NCBI GenBank assembly: GCA_900617105.1
Contig: UYFQ01000001.1
Coordinates: 2,542,001 to 2,606,000 of the forward strand
Reading direction: 5' to 3'
Source of the DNA: Hydrurus foetidus
Taxonomy: Eukaryota
Length of the DNA: 64,000 nt
In this document: one piece after another, positions 30,326 through 41,043 of the stretch
How the letters are laid out: every line of letters begins with the position of its first letter
Numbering within the stretch: the stretch's first letter is position 1
The notes under the pieces: generated by a model
Databases searched by the model: none
What the model was told of the DNA's origin: nothing
The model's input: the letters and a program-made list of their open reading frames with translations, nothing else
Made by a program: the position numbers and the translations under genes

Positions 30326-31402
30326 ATGACTTCAGATTCAGGCGCGCCGCGTATAACCTCCATTGCAGACCATGGTTCAGCACCATCGAAAGCGCACGCG
30401 TTCGAGGCGCTCACCCCTGACGTGGTGCTCGACGCGCTGGTCAGCGTAGGACTAACCGGGGACGGCCGCTTGATGGCGCTGTCGAGTTACGAAAACCGGG
30501 TGTACCAGATTCATCTTGAAAACAGTGTGGGCAAGGCAGATGCAGCGGGCGATGTGGTGGTGGCCAAGTTTTACCGGCCTGAGCGGTGGACGGACGCGCA
30601 AATCATTGAGGAGCACACGTTTGCCGCTGAGCTGATGGCCGCCGAAGTTCCCGTGGTGGGGGCACTGCAGCTGCACAGCCACACGCTGCACCACTTCAAT
30701 GGCTTTGCGTTTAGCGTGTCGCCGAGTCGCGGCGGCAGGCGGCCCGAGCTTGAAAACGCTGACGTGCTGGCGTGGATTGGCCGCTTCCTGGCACGCATAC
30801 ACACGGTGGGCGCCGCCAAACCGTTTACGCATCGGCCAGCGCTTGATTTGCAGACCTTTGGCTACGCATCTCGCGGCGTATTGCTGGAAGGCAAATACCT
30901 GCCGCTTGACATGGAGTCGCGCTGGTTAAAGGCGTTTGAAATCGCCATGCAAACCGCCACCGCTGTGTTTGAAAGCGCAGGCGACATTAAAAATATTCGC
31001 TTGCATGGCGACTGCCACCCCGGCAATATTTTGTGGACGCCTGAAGGCGTGCCCGGCGCTGGCCCGCACTTTGTTGACCTCGACGACGCACGCTCAGGGC
31101 CGGCCGTGCAAGACCTGTGGATGTTGCTGGCAGGCGACCGTCCGCAGTGCTTGCAGCAGCTGGGCGCACTGGTTGATGGGTATGAAGAGTTTCGTGAATT
31201 TGACAGGCGCGAACTGGCACTGATTGAGCCGCTGCGCACGCTGAGGTTGATTCACTACAGCGCCTGGCTGGCTCAGCGCTGGCATGACCCGATATTTCCG
31301 ATCAACTTCCCGTGGTTTGGATCGAGCGACTACTGGAAGGGTCAAGTCGACATGCTGGAAGAGCAAACAGAAGCGATGCAGGCGACGCCGTTGGTGGCTT
31401 GA
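30326..31402 (+). CDS. srkA: Stress response Ser/Thr kinase SrkA (RdoA/YihE)
   Basis: SYENRVY, KFYRPERW, RLHGDCHPGN, DLDD, RWHDPIFP; start ATG 30326. Confidence 0.92.
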   Translation: MTSDSGAPRITSIADHGSAPSKAHAFEALTPDVVLDALVSVGLTGDGRLMALSSYENRVYQIHLENSVGKADAAGDVVVAKFYRPERWTDAQIIEEHTFAAELMAAEVPVVGALQLHSHTLHHFNGFAFSVSPSRGGRRPELENADVLAWIGRFLARIHTVGAAKPFTHRPALDLQTFGYASRGVLLEGKYLPLDMESRWLKAFEIAMQTATAVFESAGDIKNIRLHGDCHPGNILWTPEGVPGAGPHFVDLDDARSGPAVQDLWMLLAGDRPQCLQQLGALVDGYEEFREFDRRELALIEPLRTLRLIHYSAWLAQRWHDPIFPINFPWFGSSDYWKGQVDMLEEQTEAMQATPLVA

Positions 31403-31415
31403 TGCAGCACTGGTC

Positions 31416-31465
31416 TGCTATTAATTAAGAAGCTGCTCGCGCCCATATTTATTGGGCTACAGGCA
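31416..31465 (+). repeat. Dispersed repeat copy R8
   Basis: tgctattaattaagaagctgctcgcgcccatatttattgggctacaggc. Confidence 0.85.
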
Positions 31466-31492
31466 AAAATCACCCTGATTTATGCTCGAAAA

Positions 31493-32725
31493 TCACTTCA
31501 CAAACTGATTCAGCTGAATAATTGGCAGCAACACGGCCAGCACGATCAGCATCACCACCAAACCCATCGCCACAATCAGCAGTGGCTCCAAAATAGTGGC
31601 CAGCGCCATGGCGCGGCGTTGCACTTCATTGGACAACTGCACAGCCGCACGCTGCAGCATGACGGGCAACTGGCCGGTTTGCTCACCTAACCTGGCAAAC
31701 ATGCTGACCAGCCCCGGAAAGCGCTTTTTTTGCGCCAGCGCAGACGCCAGCGGCGCGCCTTCGCGCACCAGCACAAGCGCGTCGAGGGCGTCGCTTCGCA
31801 TGGCGCGGTTTGACAATGTTTCAGCCGCTGCCTGAACCGCTTTTAAAATTGGCACGCCCGAGCTGGACAGCATGGCCAGCGTGCCCACAAAGCGCGCCGC
31901 GTTGTAGTCACGCACCAAACGACCTACCAGCGGAATACCAAGAGCTGAGGCATCAAATTTTTCACGGAAAGAGTCTTTTCGCAAAGCAATACGGGCGCCA
32001 ATAGCTCCTAAAATAATAGCGAATAACACAACCAAGCCGTAGTTGCGCACCACACCGCTTATGGCCAGCATGGCCACGGTTAAAAACGGCAACGCGCGTT
32101 TGGTGCCCGCAAACACGCTGGCCACTTGTGGCACCACATAGCCGACTAAAAACATCACAATGACGATCGCCACCAGCGTAACGATGGCGGGGTACAACGT
32201 GGCAGCTATGAGTTTTGACTTGAGCGCCAGCCGCTCTTCCAGATCATCGGCCAGGCGCTCCAGCACACCAGCCAGGTTGCCGCTTTGCTCACCGGCGCCA
32301 ATAACTGCTTGGAAAATGCTGCTGAACTCACGCGGGTGCTGGCCCAGCGCGCGCGCAAAGCCGCTGCCCGCATTGACTTCAGCGCGCAAGGCGGCCACCA
32401 GGTTGCGCTGCTTTTCGTCTTCGGCCTCGTCGGCCAGCGCAGTCAAGGCGCGCTCTAGCGGCAAGCCGGCTGCCACCAAACCCGCCAACTGGCGCGTCCA
32501 GATGGCCAAGCGCGTGGCGTTGAACACGCGGCCACCGAATAAATCGGTTTGAAGCAGGGACTTGGGGGCTGCGGTACTTTCTGGGCCGCTCAGCGCGTTA
32601 ACGGCCAGTGGCACCAGCGTCTGCACGCGCAGCGCGGCTCGGGCGGCCTTGGCGGTGTCAGCCTCCAGCACGCCCTTGCGGACTTTGCCGTCGGGCTGCA
32701 TCGCTTCAAACTGATAAGCAGGCAT
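31493..32725 (-). CDS. gspF: Type II secretion inner membrane platform protein F
   Basis: TRQLAGLVAAGLPLE, AGEQSGNL, GEQTGQL, ILEPLLI. Confidence 0.95.
   Translation of the reverse strand: MPAYQFEAMQPDGKVRKGVLEADTAKAARAALRVQTLVPLAVNALSGPESTAAPKSLLQTDLFGGRVFNATRLAIWTRQLAGLVAAGLPLERALTALADEAEDEKQRNLVAALRAEVNAGSGFARALGQHPREFSSIFQAVIGAGEQSGNLAGVLERLADDLEERLALKSKLIAATLYPAIVTLVAIVIVMFLVGYVVPQVASVFAGTKRALPFLTVAMLAISGVVRNYGLVVLFAIILGAIGARIALRKDSFREKFDASALGIPLVGRLVRDYNAARFVGTLAMLSSSGVPILKAVQAAAETLSNRAMRSDALDALVLVREGAPLASALAQKKRFPGLVSMFARLGEQTGQLPVMLQRAAVQLSNEVQRRAMALATILEPLLIVAMGLVVMLIVLAVLLPIIQLNQFVK
31986..32021 (-). repeat. Partial repeat copy R9, in frame inside gspF
   Basis: Coding strand cgctattattttaggagctattggcgcccgtattg, encodes AIILGAIGARI. 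Confidence 0.65.
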
Positions 32726-32756
32726 GCAGTATTAAGCCGTAGTAGTCGCGTTCAAG

Positions 32757-34157
32757 CTAGTCGCGGGTCACGCGCAGCAGCTCTTCGCGCGACGTGACGC
32801 CGCTCGTCACCAGGCGTTCGCCATCGTCGCGCATCAGGGTCATGCCAGAGCCAAGGGCCGCGCTGCGAATGTCAGCCTCAGCCGCGCGGCCATGAATTTG
32901 CGCGCGTATGGCGTCGTCGGCCACCATCAGCTCAAACACGCCAGTGCGCCCTTGGTAGCCGGTTTGCCCGCATTCAGCGCAGCCTGCACCGCCGCAGACG
33001 CTGCACAGCCTGCGTACCAAGCGTTGCGCCAACACGCCGAGCAGCGATGAGCTGAGCAAGAACGGCTCAACACCCATGTCGGTCAAACGCGTCACGGCGC
33101 TGGCTGCGTCGTTGGTGTGCAGCGTGGCCAGCACCAAATGGCCGGTCAGTGACGCTTGAATAGCGATTTGCGCGGTTTCAAAATCGCGTATTTCACCGAT
33201 CATGATGGCGTCTGGGTCTTGCCGCAAAATGGCGCGAAGTGCTTTGGCAAAGGTTAAGTCAATTTTGGCGTTGACCTGGGTTTGACCGATGCCTGCGAGC
33301 TCGTATTCAATCGGGTCTTCCACCGTCATGATGTTGCTGGCCGAGGCGTCCAGGCGCTGCAGCGCAGCGTACAGCGTGGTGGTTTTACCCGACCCGGTAG
33401 GGCCCGTTACTAAAATAATACCGTGCGGCTGAGCAATAAGTTTGGCCAGGCGGGCCAGCACGTCGCCCTGCATGCCGACCGACTCCAGGCTTAAATTACT
33501 GCCGCTTTTGTCGAGCAGACGCAGCACCGCGCGCTCGCCATGTGCACTGGGCAGTGTGCTGACCCGCACATCGACCGCACGGGTGCCAATGCGCAAACTG
33601 ATGCGGCCGTCCTGCGGCAATCGCTTTTCTGAAATGTCGAGGTCGGCCATGATTTTCAGGCGCGAAATCAACGCTGCGTGCAGCGCGCGGTTGGGCTGCA
33701 CCACCTCGCGCAGCGTGCCGTCTACCCGAAACCGCACGCTGGAATGGCGCTCGTAAGGCTCGATATGAATATCGCTTGCACCATCGCGGGCGGCCTGCGT
33801 AAGCAGCGCGTTCAGCATGCGAATAATGGGCGCGTCGTCGGATGTGTCGAGTAAATCGGCAATCGCGGGCAGCTCTTGCATGATGCGCGACAAGTCAGCG
33901 TCTGACTCGACCTCGCTCACTACCGCCGCCGCGCTGGACTCGCCTTCAGCGTAAGCGGCACTGATGCGCTGCGCCAGCGCCGTGGCGTCCAGGCTTTGCA
34001 GCTCGATGGGGCTGCCGCCAGTCGCGTATTTGCGCATCACCTCGCCCAGCGCGTTGCCATTGGGGCGAGCGCTGTACCACAACGTGCGCGATGCGCCGTT
34101 GTCTTCAATCAGCAGCGCGTTGCTGCGCGCAAAAGCGTAAGGGAGCGGGTAGCGCAT
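32757..34157 (-). CDS. gspE: Type II secretion ATPase E
   Basis: [27 protein letters not shown], Cys4 zinc motif. Confidence 0.95.
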   Translation of the reverse strand: MRYPLPYAFARSNALLIEDNGASRTLWYSARPNGNALGEVMRKYATGGSPIELQSLDATALAQRISAAYAEGESSAAAVVSEVESDADLSRIMQELPAIADLLDTSDDAPIIRMLNALLTQAARDGASDIHIEPYERHSSVRFRVDGTLREVVQPNRALHAALISRLKIMADLDISEKRLPQDGRISLRIGTRAVDVRVSTLPSAHGERAVLRLLDKSGSNLSLESVGMQGDVLARLAKLIAQPHGIILVTGPTGSGKTTTLYAALQRLDASASNIMTVEDPIEYELAGIGQTQVNAKIDLTFAKALRAILRQDPDAIMIGEIRDFETAQIAIQASLTGHLVLATLHTNDAASAVTRLTDMGVEPFLLSSSLLGVLAQRLVRRLCSVCGGAGCAECGQTGYQGRTGVFELMVADDAIRAQIHGRAAEADIRSAALGSGMTLMRDDGERLVTSGVTSREELLRVTRD

Positions 34158-34162
34158 GGGGT

Positions 34163-36472
34163 TTACTTGTTCGGCGTTGCGGGCGGCAAAGGCACGGGCG
34201 CAGGAGCAGGCAAGATCGATTCGCGTTTTGACTCTGGCAGCGGCGGCAATACCGGGCCCTGATTGATAGGCACCGTCAGGCTGGGAATCGGTTGCCCCAA
34301 CTGCTGCGCGCCGCGCATGAAGTCGTAGCGGTCTTGCGACAAGGTTTCGGTCGACAAGGCGTCTCGCACCACCACGGGCCGCAAAAACACCATCAGGTTT
34401 GATTTTTTGCGGGTGCGCGCTTCGCCTTTAAACAAGTTGCCCAGCACTGGAATATCGCCCAAAAACGGTATTTTTTCTTGCCCACCTGAATACTCATCGG
34501 TCAGCAAACCACCCAGCACCACAATGGCGCCGTCTTCCACCACCACATTGGTTTCAATCGAGCGCTTATTGGTGGTGGGGCCGTTTGGCGAATTGACGGT
34601 GGCGGGGTCAACGCTGCTGACCTCCTGGAACACCTGCAATTTAACGCTGCCGTCCTCGCTGATTTGCGGCTTGACGCGCAGGGTTAAACCCACGTCTTTG
34701 CGTTCAATGGTTTGAAACGGGTTGACCGAGCCTGAATTGGAGTTGTTGCTGGTGAACTGGCCGGTGACAAACGGCACGTTGCGGCCCACCACAATGCGCG
34801 CCTCTTCGTTGTCGAGGGTCAGCAAGTTAGGGGTAGACAACACATTACCGTCGCCGCTGGTTTCTAAAAACCGGGCCAAAAACCCCAGCACGTAAATACC
34901 ATTGGGCTGGCGCGAAGCAATACCAAAATTGCCACCGGCTGATGGCACTACCGCGCCGCTGGCAGCCTTGGTGGCCAGGCTGATGATGTTTGCGCCGCCA
35001 ATGTTGAAGTTAGTGCCTAGCAGGCCGATAGCGCCGTCACCCTTTTTGCCTAACGCGCCTTGAAACTGAATGCCAAACTCGGCTGCCTTATCGGCGTTGA
35101 CCTCAGCAATCAGGCTTTCCACAAACACTTGGGCGCGCCGCGCATCTAGTTTGTCAATGACCGAGCGCAACTGCCGGTATTGCGGCTCTGGCGCGGTAAT
35201 GATGAGCGAGTTGGTAGCAGGGTCGGCTTGAATTTGACCGCCTGTAGAAGGCTGCGCGCTGGCTAATGCCGTTGTGGCCGCACTGGCCGCGCCGCCGGCC
35301 GCTGGCGCAGCGCCGGGCGCGGCACCGCCCGATGTGGCCCCTGCTGAACTGGGTGAATTAGCGGCCAAAGCTGCGCGCAAAGTAACCGCCAGCTTGGTAG
35401 CGTCGGCGTTTTTCAGGTACACCACATAAATGTTGCCGGCCGCCAAGTCTTTGTTGCCAGCAGTGGCACCTTGCCCATTGAACGATCCTTGATCTAGCTT
35501 TTCGACCAGTGTTCGCACCAGCGCCAGGCGAGCCGGGTTGGCCGCCCGCAAAATTAGCGTGTTGCTGCGCGGCTCAGCCAACAGCACGGTTCTAAAGGTG
35601 GTGTCTGCCTGCCCGGCCGCCGCACCGCCCGCCACGCCAGAGTCAATCAGGCGTATGACCAGCGGTGCCAAATCGGTGGCAATCGCGTATTGCAGGCGAA
35701 TAATTTCCACTCCCGTAGCGTTTGCAACGTCCAGCGACGCAATGATGGTGCCAATACGCTGCAGGTTGTCGGCGTAGTCGGTAATGATGAGCGAGTTGTT
35801 GCCGGGATTAACGTTAATCGTGTTGTTCGGGCTGATCAGCGGGCGAAGCACGGGCACCAGGTTATTGGCCGTCTCATGGTTGAGCTTGAAAATTTGGGTT
35901 TGAATCTGCCCACCCGGGTTGCGCACTGGCCCTACCGCCACGGTACCGCTTTGCAATTTGGCATCGGCCTCGGGCACTACCACGTACAAACCCGAGGACT
36001 CGACCAACGCGAAACCCTGGGTGCGCAGCTGCAATGAAAACAAGCGCAGCGCCTGCACCGGCGTCACGGGCGAGGTCGTCACCAGTGACATGACGCCTTT
36101 GACGCGTGGGTCAACCACCACATTGCGCCCTGAAATCACAGCCATGGTGCGGGCTACGGCATCAATGTCTGCCCCAGAAAAATTCAAACTGACTGGGCCA
36201 CCCACACGTGACTGGGTGGCGTTAGGCGCGCCGGAGCCAACAGCAAGTGGCGCCGCCACAGGAGCCAAGGGCGCAACGGGAACAAAGGCGGGGGCGGGAG
36301 CGGGCGTCGACGCGGGCATCATGGGCATCGATGTTTGGGCATACAACTGGCCTGTAGCCCAATAAATATGGGCGCAAGCAGCTACTAAAATTATAGCGTT
36401 TTGCTTGCGTAAAAAGCCGCGCAAGGGCTTGCCCCCCGGTTGTCGATCAATCACTAGCGCGTGTCGTGCCAT
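34163..36472 (-). CDS. gspD: Type II secretion secretin D
   Basis: VDPRVKG N0 domain, [35 protein letters not shown]; start uncertain (ATG 36472 chosen). Confidence 0.93.
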   Translation of the reverse strand: MARHALVIDRQPGGKPLRGFLRKQNAIILVAACAHIYWATGQLYAQTSMPMMPASTPAPAPAFVPVAPLAPVAAPLAVGSGAPNATQSRVGGPVSLNFSGADIDAVARTMAVISGRNVVVDPRVKGVMSLVTTSPVTPVQALRLFSLQLRTQGFALVESSGLYVVVPEADAKLQSGTVAVGPVRNPGGQIQTQIFKLNHETANNLVPVLRPLISPNNTINVNPGNNSLIITDYADNLQRIGTIIASLDVANATGVEIIRLQYAIATDLAPLVIRLIDSGVAGGAAAGQADTTFRTVLLAEPRSNTLILRAANPARLALVRTLVEKLDQGSFNGQGATAGNKDLAAGNIYVVYLKNADATKLAVTLRAALAANSPSSAGATSGGAAPGAAPAAGGAASAATTALASAQPSTGGQIQADPATNSLIITAPEPQYRQLRSVIDKLDARRAQVFVESLIAEVNADKAAEFGIQFQGALGKKGDGAIGLLGTNFNIGGANIISLATKAASGAVVPSAGGNFGIASRQPNGIYVLGFLARFLETSGDGNVLSTPNLLTLDNEEARIVVGRNVPFVTGQFTSNNSNSGSVNPFQTIERKDVGLTLRVKPQISEDGSVKLQVFQEVSSVDPATVNSPNGPTTNKRSIETNVVVEDGAIVVLGGLLTDEYSGGQEKIPFLGDIPVLGNLFKGEARTRKKSNLMVFLRPVVVRDALSTETLSQDRYDFMRGAQQLGQPIPSLTVPINQGPVLPPLPESKRESILPAPAPVPLPPATPNK
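36349..36398 (-). repeat. Full repeat copy R10, in frame in the gspD signal-peptide region
   Basis: gcctgtagcccaataaatatgggcgcaagcagctactaaaattatagcg on + strand; encodes [16 protein letters not shown]. Confidence 0.85.
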
Positions 36473-36476
36473 GCTG

Positions 36477-37280
36477 TTAGCCCAAAGTAATGACGGATTG
36501 CGCACCTTGGCGCCGTCCAATAATATTTAACAAATTCGTAAAAGCGCCGCTCAGTTCGGGCTCAACGCTGGCAACCCCTGAAAACCTCAGCCTGGGCCCA
36601 ACCCAGTTGCCCTTACCGCTAAGCTGGAGCGTACCCGACAACGTGCTGAGCTCCAATGTAGGGGCTGCACCGCCTGATAGTAGCAATTGGTAACTTCCCA
36701 TCGGCCTGACCGTAGACAAACGCGACGACACATCCATGGCCCGCACCTGCGCGCTGCCCGAAAGCGTCAAGCGTCCATCGAACCGTTTGATAGTCAATTC
36801 CCGCGTGGTCACCTGCAAACTGCCTTCTGCTTGCACTGTGTTCCACGGCGTGCCCAAGCCCGCCAACAGAGCAGTCGGCCACTGGGACGACGAATTTTCA
36901 ACGCGCACATCCTGCGCGTCCCAACCCCACTGCAAACGGGCCTGCAACGGCGTGGGCGTACAACAAGCGGCTTTCAGCTTTAAAGACAGGCCGACCCACG
37001 CGGGCCGCAGCGTCCACTCAACTCGGCCCGGCAGCGCGGCGCTGTCGCGGCTGCCACTGCCGCCTGCCAGCAGTAACCGACCCGAGCCGGACCACACAGT
37101 GCCGCGTGCCTCAATCACTTGTACCTGACCTTGGGTGCCCGTGAGCAATGCAGCTGCCAACCAGGCTGCCGGCGCAAAAAACACCAACGCCAACCCCAGC
37201 CCCAGCAAACCGCCTGACACCGCCCAACCCCATGGCGCGGCCACGCGATTTAGGCGGCTTGAGCGTGGCTGAAAAGGCAT
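36477..37280 (-). CDS. gspN: Type II secretion protein N
   Basis: APAAWL, ARGTVWSGSG, LGTPWNT, NLLNIIGRR; position in cluster. Confidence 0.85.
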   Translation of the reverse strand: MPFQPRSSRLNRVAAPWGWAVSGGLLGLGLALVFFAPAAWLAAALLTGTQGQVQVIEARGTVWSGSGRLLLAGGSGSRDSAALPGRVEWTLRPAWVGLSLKLKAACCTPTPLQARLQWGWDAQDVRVENSSSQWPTALLAGLGTPWNTVQAEGSLQVTTRELTIKRFDGRLTLSGSAQVRAMDVSSRLSTVRPMGSYQLLLSGGAAPTLELSTLSGTLQLSGKGNWVGPRLRFSGVASVEPELSGAFTNLLNIIGRRQGAQSVITLG

Positions 37281-37312
37281 GAAGATGAAACCCTTGTTCT
37301 TTTTAAATCGCG

Positions 37313-37870
37313 CTACTGCGCAGGCAGTGACAGCACCAAGGTGCCGTCCCAAGTGGCGGGTTCACCATTGCTGCGGCGCAAGTTGGCTTGAATCGGCACC
37401 GCTCGCGCCGCCAGCCTGGCTTGGCTAAGCCAGTCGGCCAATGCTGCCGGGGGCACGCCTTTTAATGTGACGGTTGCTTGTGTTCCGGCTAGCGACACCT
37501 GAGCGGCGGCCCCAAGTCGTTGCTTAACTGAAGCGGTTAGGGCGCGGCTGGCCTCGGGTGCGGACATTTTCGGCTGCCCCTGCACGGCCTTTGCTTGCGC
37601 TTGCAAGGCCTGCATGTTTTGCAGTTGAGCGTCCAGCGCAGCGCGCTGGGCATCAGCGGTTTTAAGTACAGACAGCGCCGGCGCAATAGCCAGCCACCAG
37701 AGCAAGGCCGCCACCACCACGCCCGTCGCAGCCAGTATCAGTGTTTGTTCCCGGGGCGCGAGTGTTTGCCAGCGCTGCGACAAACGCCCCGACGTTTTGA
37801 GCGGTGAGCTTGGGGGCGAGTTAAGCGAAGCGGAGGCGTTGCGCCGCAAAGAAGCCGTTGAAATGGCCAT
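37313..37870 (-). CDS. gspM: Type II secretion protein M
   Basis: RWQTLAPREQ plus TM and coiled coil; follows gspL. Confidence 0.85.
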   Translation of the reverse strand: MAISTASLRRNASASLNSPPSSPLKTSGRLSQRWQTLAPREQTLILAATGVVVAALLWWLAIAPALSVLKTADAQRAALDAQLQNMQALQAQAKAVQGQPKMSAPEASRALTASVKQRLGAAAQVSLAGTQATVTLKGVPPAALADWLSQARLAARAVPIQANLRRSNGEPATWDGTLVLSLPAQ

Positions 37871-39130
37871 TTACTGCGAACCCCCGCTGCTGGTTTTGAC
37901 GACATAAGTGCCGCCTTCAAGCAAAACTGAATAGCCTTTTGCCCTGAGCTCGGCTGGCAGGTTGTCAGCTTGTTGGGGGCCATCCGTCAAACCTTTAACG
38001 CGCAACTCGCCCGCAGCAAAATCAATGCTGGACACGCGCATACCCGGCTGAGTGGCGGCACCCAGCGCGGCCAGCATGGCTTCAAGGTCGCTGCTCGACA
38101 CTGCGCCGCTGGCCTGGCGCAGCCCAGCAACTTCGCGCTGCATTTGCAAAGGCGCGTCTACTACCACCTTAACGCTGGGAAACGTTTGCATCAACGTGTT
38201 TTGAATAGCCGCTCGCGTGGCTGCCAGGTCGGCGCTCTGACGCCACGCCCATCCATTTAAACCCAGCACATTGACTACCAACAGCGCTGCCGCGCCCCAA
38301 CGCATTGGCCGCCACTCGGGTGCGCCAAGCAAACTACCGAAGGCACCAGACATTTTTTTGAGCGCACGTGAACGGGCGGTGCGCGCCAGCTCGAACTGTG
38401 CAAGGTCCCACGGCGAACGCGCCGCATCCAGCCAGCGCTGGGGGCGAGTCATGAGGCTGACTTTGCCTTGGGCGAACTGCTCAGCCCGCGATGCCAACGC
38501 CGGTTCAGTAAAAATCAGTAGCGGCATCATGTCGTCTACGCCATGCAGCGCACTCGGCTGAAGAACAGCCGGCAGCACCGAAAGCGCCTCGGCTGACAAA
38601 GGCAATCGCATTAAACCGTCGACCGGCTTACCTGTCATTACCCAGCAAGCGGACTCTACCTCTCCTACCGCGTGCAACTGCAATTCACCCAGATCAGGCG
38701 AGAACTCTGGCACTACCCGAGCAACTGGCCGTTGCGCCGCTTCCAGCGCTTGCAGGTGGCCTTGCAACCAGGCGCGGTCGCAGGCGGCGACCCAGGTTTG
38801 GCCGTTAGGTGCGGTACCGATTTGGGGGGCAAGCGCCAAGTGCAGCGCGTCGATGTCGTCAAGCACCTGGTCTTCAAGCAAACCGCTGAGCACGCTGCGC
38901 AGCCGGGGTGAAGTGGCGCTCAAGCCGTCGGGCAAATCAACCGCGTGCCACGACAGCGCCGCCGACGGCGTAACCGCTACCAGTTCATCGCCGCGCGCAA
39001 GCTCGGGCAGCAAAATAGCAGTGGCACTGCCCTGTTTGAGCACCTGCTGGCCGTTTGGCGACACCACATAGGCGTAGCTGACCGATGGCCCAGCTTGCGC
39101 AGATGGTAGACAGACAACTAAAGACGCCAT
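37871..39130 (-). CDS. gspL: Type II secretion protein L
   Basis: LEDQVLDD, WDLAQF, TFPSVKVVVDAPLQM; position in cluster. Confidence 0.85.
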   Translation of the reverse strand: MASLVVCLPSAQAGPSVSYAYVVSPNGQQVLKQGSATAILLPELARGDELVAVTPSAALSWHAVDLPDGLSATSPRLRSVLSGLLEDQVLDDIDALHLALAPQIGTAPNGQTWVAACDRAWLQGHLQALEAAQRPVARVVPEFSPDLGELQLHAVGEVESACWVMTGKPVDGLMRLPLSAEALSVLPAVLQPSALHGVDDMMPLLIFTEPALASRAEQFAQGKVSLMTRPQRWLDAARSPWDLAQFELARTARSRALKKMSGAFGSLLGAPEWRPMRWGAAALLVVNVLGLNGWAWRQSADLAATRAAIQNTLMQTFPSVKVVVDAPLQMQREVAGLRQASGAVSSSDLEAMLAALGAATQPGMRVSSIDFAAGELRVKGLTDGPQQADNLPAELRAKGYSVLLEGGTYVVKTSSGGSQ

Positions 39131-39210
39131 AGACTCGGTCGCTTAACAATGAATTTTGACCATTGTAGGGGGCAGGTAAGCTGCCTCCATACACCCCACG
39201 AGTGACTGAG

Positions 39211-40338
39211 TCACCGACGAGGTTCGGCTGCGCCGCCCTCGGCCGGCAAACTTGCCGAGCCCCTCGCCCGCCACAGCGTACGAACGTTCAAGCCGTCGCG
39301 CTGAACCAGTGACCGCTCAAACACCGCCAGCTGGTCAAGGCGCAGCTGGCCGCGTACCTCAAAAAAGCGCGAAGCAACGCTGTGCGTACCGTCGGCAAAG
39401 CTCACGGCGGGGTTCCCAAGGGCTTGCCCTGCGTCTGCCAGACTGGTGAAATGCTTGCGCGAGCGTGCGGCGACCAACTTTTGGGCGCCGGCGATGTCCA
39501 GCCCCGGCGTGCTGGCGGCAATCACCAGCGCGCTGGCGGTGTTCAGGTTCACCGGGGTGCGTGTGGGCAACACCGTAACGTGGGCCTCGAGCGCAGCCAC
39601 CAAACTGGCGTCCAGCCCCAGCCAGGTGAGCTGCTCCAAGCGCTGCGGGAGTAAAAAATCTGCCGCGCTTTGGCTGCCCGTTGACGAAGATGGGGATGCT
39701 GCTGCGGGTGGCGCCACGGCTGCAGTTGCCGTCGTTGCCGTGGTTGCCGTTGTTGCTGCGGTCGCGCTATCGGCCAGTTGTGCTGCCAATGCAGCTTTTT
39801 TGTTTGCCTCAACGTAATGGTCAGTCAGCGTAGCCAGCGCTTGTGGCGGAAGGTCTAGCAGCTCAAACAAGCGCTGAAAACTGGCCACGCCTGCCGCGGA
39901 CTTGGTTGCACCGTCTACAAGGTTAGCCACATTCAGCCGCCCTTGCATGTCAGTAATACCGCCCGACAAAAATGCGTCGCGCTCGCCGTCGGCTACCACC
40001 CCATCGACTGCCAAAAAACTGGACAGGCGGGCTTCCTCCAGCGGCACAGCCCAAGGCTCGGCCAAATGGTCGGCACCGCCAGACCGAGCGTCTTCGCGCA
40101 AAATCAGCCGGGCCCAGTCAAGCGCGCCAGTCAGAATCAATCCCGACTGCAGGCGCCCGCGCTCAGCGGTTTCAACTTCAATACTGCGAAACTGCTGCCA
40201 CAGTGCGGCTGACGCCAACGTGGCCACCAAAGTCACCGTGAGCATGGCCATCAGCAGAGCCGCACCTGCCTGCGCTTTGCCGGGGCGACACGGCGCGCTG
40301 CCAGCGCCGCCTTCAGGGTTTGCAACGACTGGCTTCAT
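39211..40338 (-). CDS. gspK: Type II secretion minor pseudopilin K
   Basis: GAALLMAML, DHLAEPWA, DMQGRLN, PVNLNTA motifs. Confidence 0.9.
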   Translation of the reverse strand: MKPVVANPEGGAGSAPCRPGKAQAGAALLMAMLTVTLVATLASAALWQQFRSIEVETAERGRLQSGLILTGALDWARLILREDARSGGADHLAEPWAVPLEEARLSSFLAVDGVVADGERDAFLSGGITDMQGRLNVANLVDGATKSAAGVASFQRLFELLDLPPQALATLTDHYVEANKKAALAAQLADSATAATTATTATTATAAVAPPAAASPSSSTGSQSAADFLLPQRLEQLTWLGLDASLVAALEAHVTVLPTRTPVNLNTASALVIAASTPGLDIAGAQKLVAARSRKHFTSLADAGQALGNPAVSFADGTHSVASRFFEVRGQLRLDQLAVFERSLVQRDGLNVRTLWRARGSASLPAEGGAAEPRR

Positions 40339-41042
40339 GGTTTGTCTGCGCTCAAAGCGGGCCGCACCCAGTCAATCGTCAATTTGCCCGCAAAGGCCTG
40401 ACCAGGCGGCAGATTCAAGATCAAACGAATGCCGTCAGGAACACTCACTTGCCGACTGGCACCGACTTGCACGGCTGCGCCTGCCGCGCCGTCGCTTGAC
40501 AGCGGGTTGCTCCAGGCATTGTTGCGAAAGTAAAAAATCTGCCAGTCTGCCAAAGCCACAACAAAAGTCTCATTTTTTTGGCTCTCAACGCTGGCGTTTT
40601 GCGCCCAGGCGGCAGCTTGTTCCCAGGCCTGCGTCCACGCGCCAACGGCGCGCACTGGCGGTGACTGCCAGCGCAACCATTGCCCGCCGTTGTCTGCGCG
40701 GCGCGTCCATGCCACCACCTGCAAGCCTTCAGTTGGCACGGCCGCCAGCCGCGTTAGTCGCAGCACGCGGCCATCCCAATCCATGCTGTTGACACCGGGC
40801 GTTTGCGTGATGGCATCTAAATCAAACTTAAACTGCCCCAGGCTTGCTTGCAGCGTCAGGGCATCATCGGCGCGGGCGCTGACAGCCGCTTGCGCGCGCG
40901 TCATGCCGTCGATGGAGCGCCAGCTCAGCACCGCAAGCAGCGCCATGACCGACAGCGCGACCAGCAGCTCAATTAAAGTAAATCCCCTGATGCGCTGCAG
41001 GTGCCTGATGTTCAACGGACGTGTGCAGTTTGCTGCGGCCAT
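40335..41042 (-). CDS. gspJ: Type II secretion minor pseudopilin J
   Basis: RGFTLIELLVAL prepilin motif; position in cluster. Confidence 0.88.
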   Translation of the reverse strand: MAAANCTRPLNIRHLQRIRGFTLIELLVALSVMALLAVLSWRSIDGMTRAQAAVSARADDALTLQASLGQFKFDLDAITQTPGVNSMDWDGRVLRLTRLAAVPTEGLQVVAWTRRADNGGQWLRWQSPPVRAVGAWTQAWEQAAAWAQNASVESQKNETFVVALADWQIFYFRNNAWSNPLSSDGAAGAAVQVGASRQVSVPDGIRLILNLPPGQAFAGKLTIDWVRPALSADKP

Positions 41043-41043
41043 A

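Noticed and set aside
39902..40792. 296-aa plus-strand ORF and other long antisense ORFs (e.g. 1472-2194, 61306-61971)
   Set aside because: Shadow frames of well-supported genes in GC-rich DNA, with no motifs.
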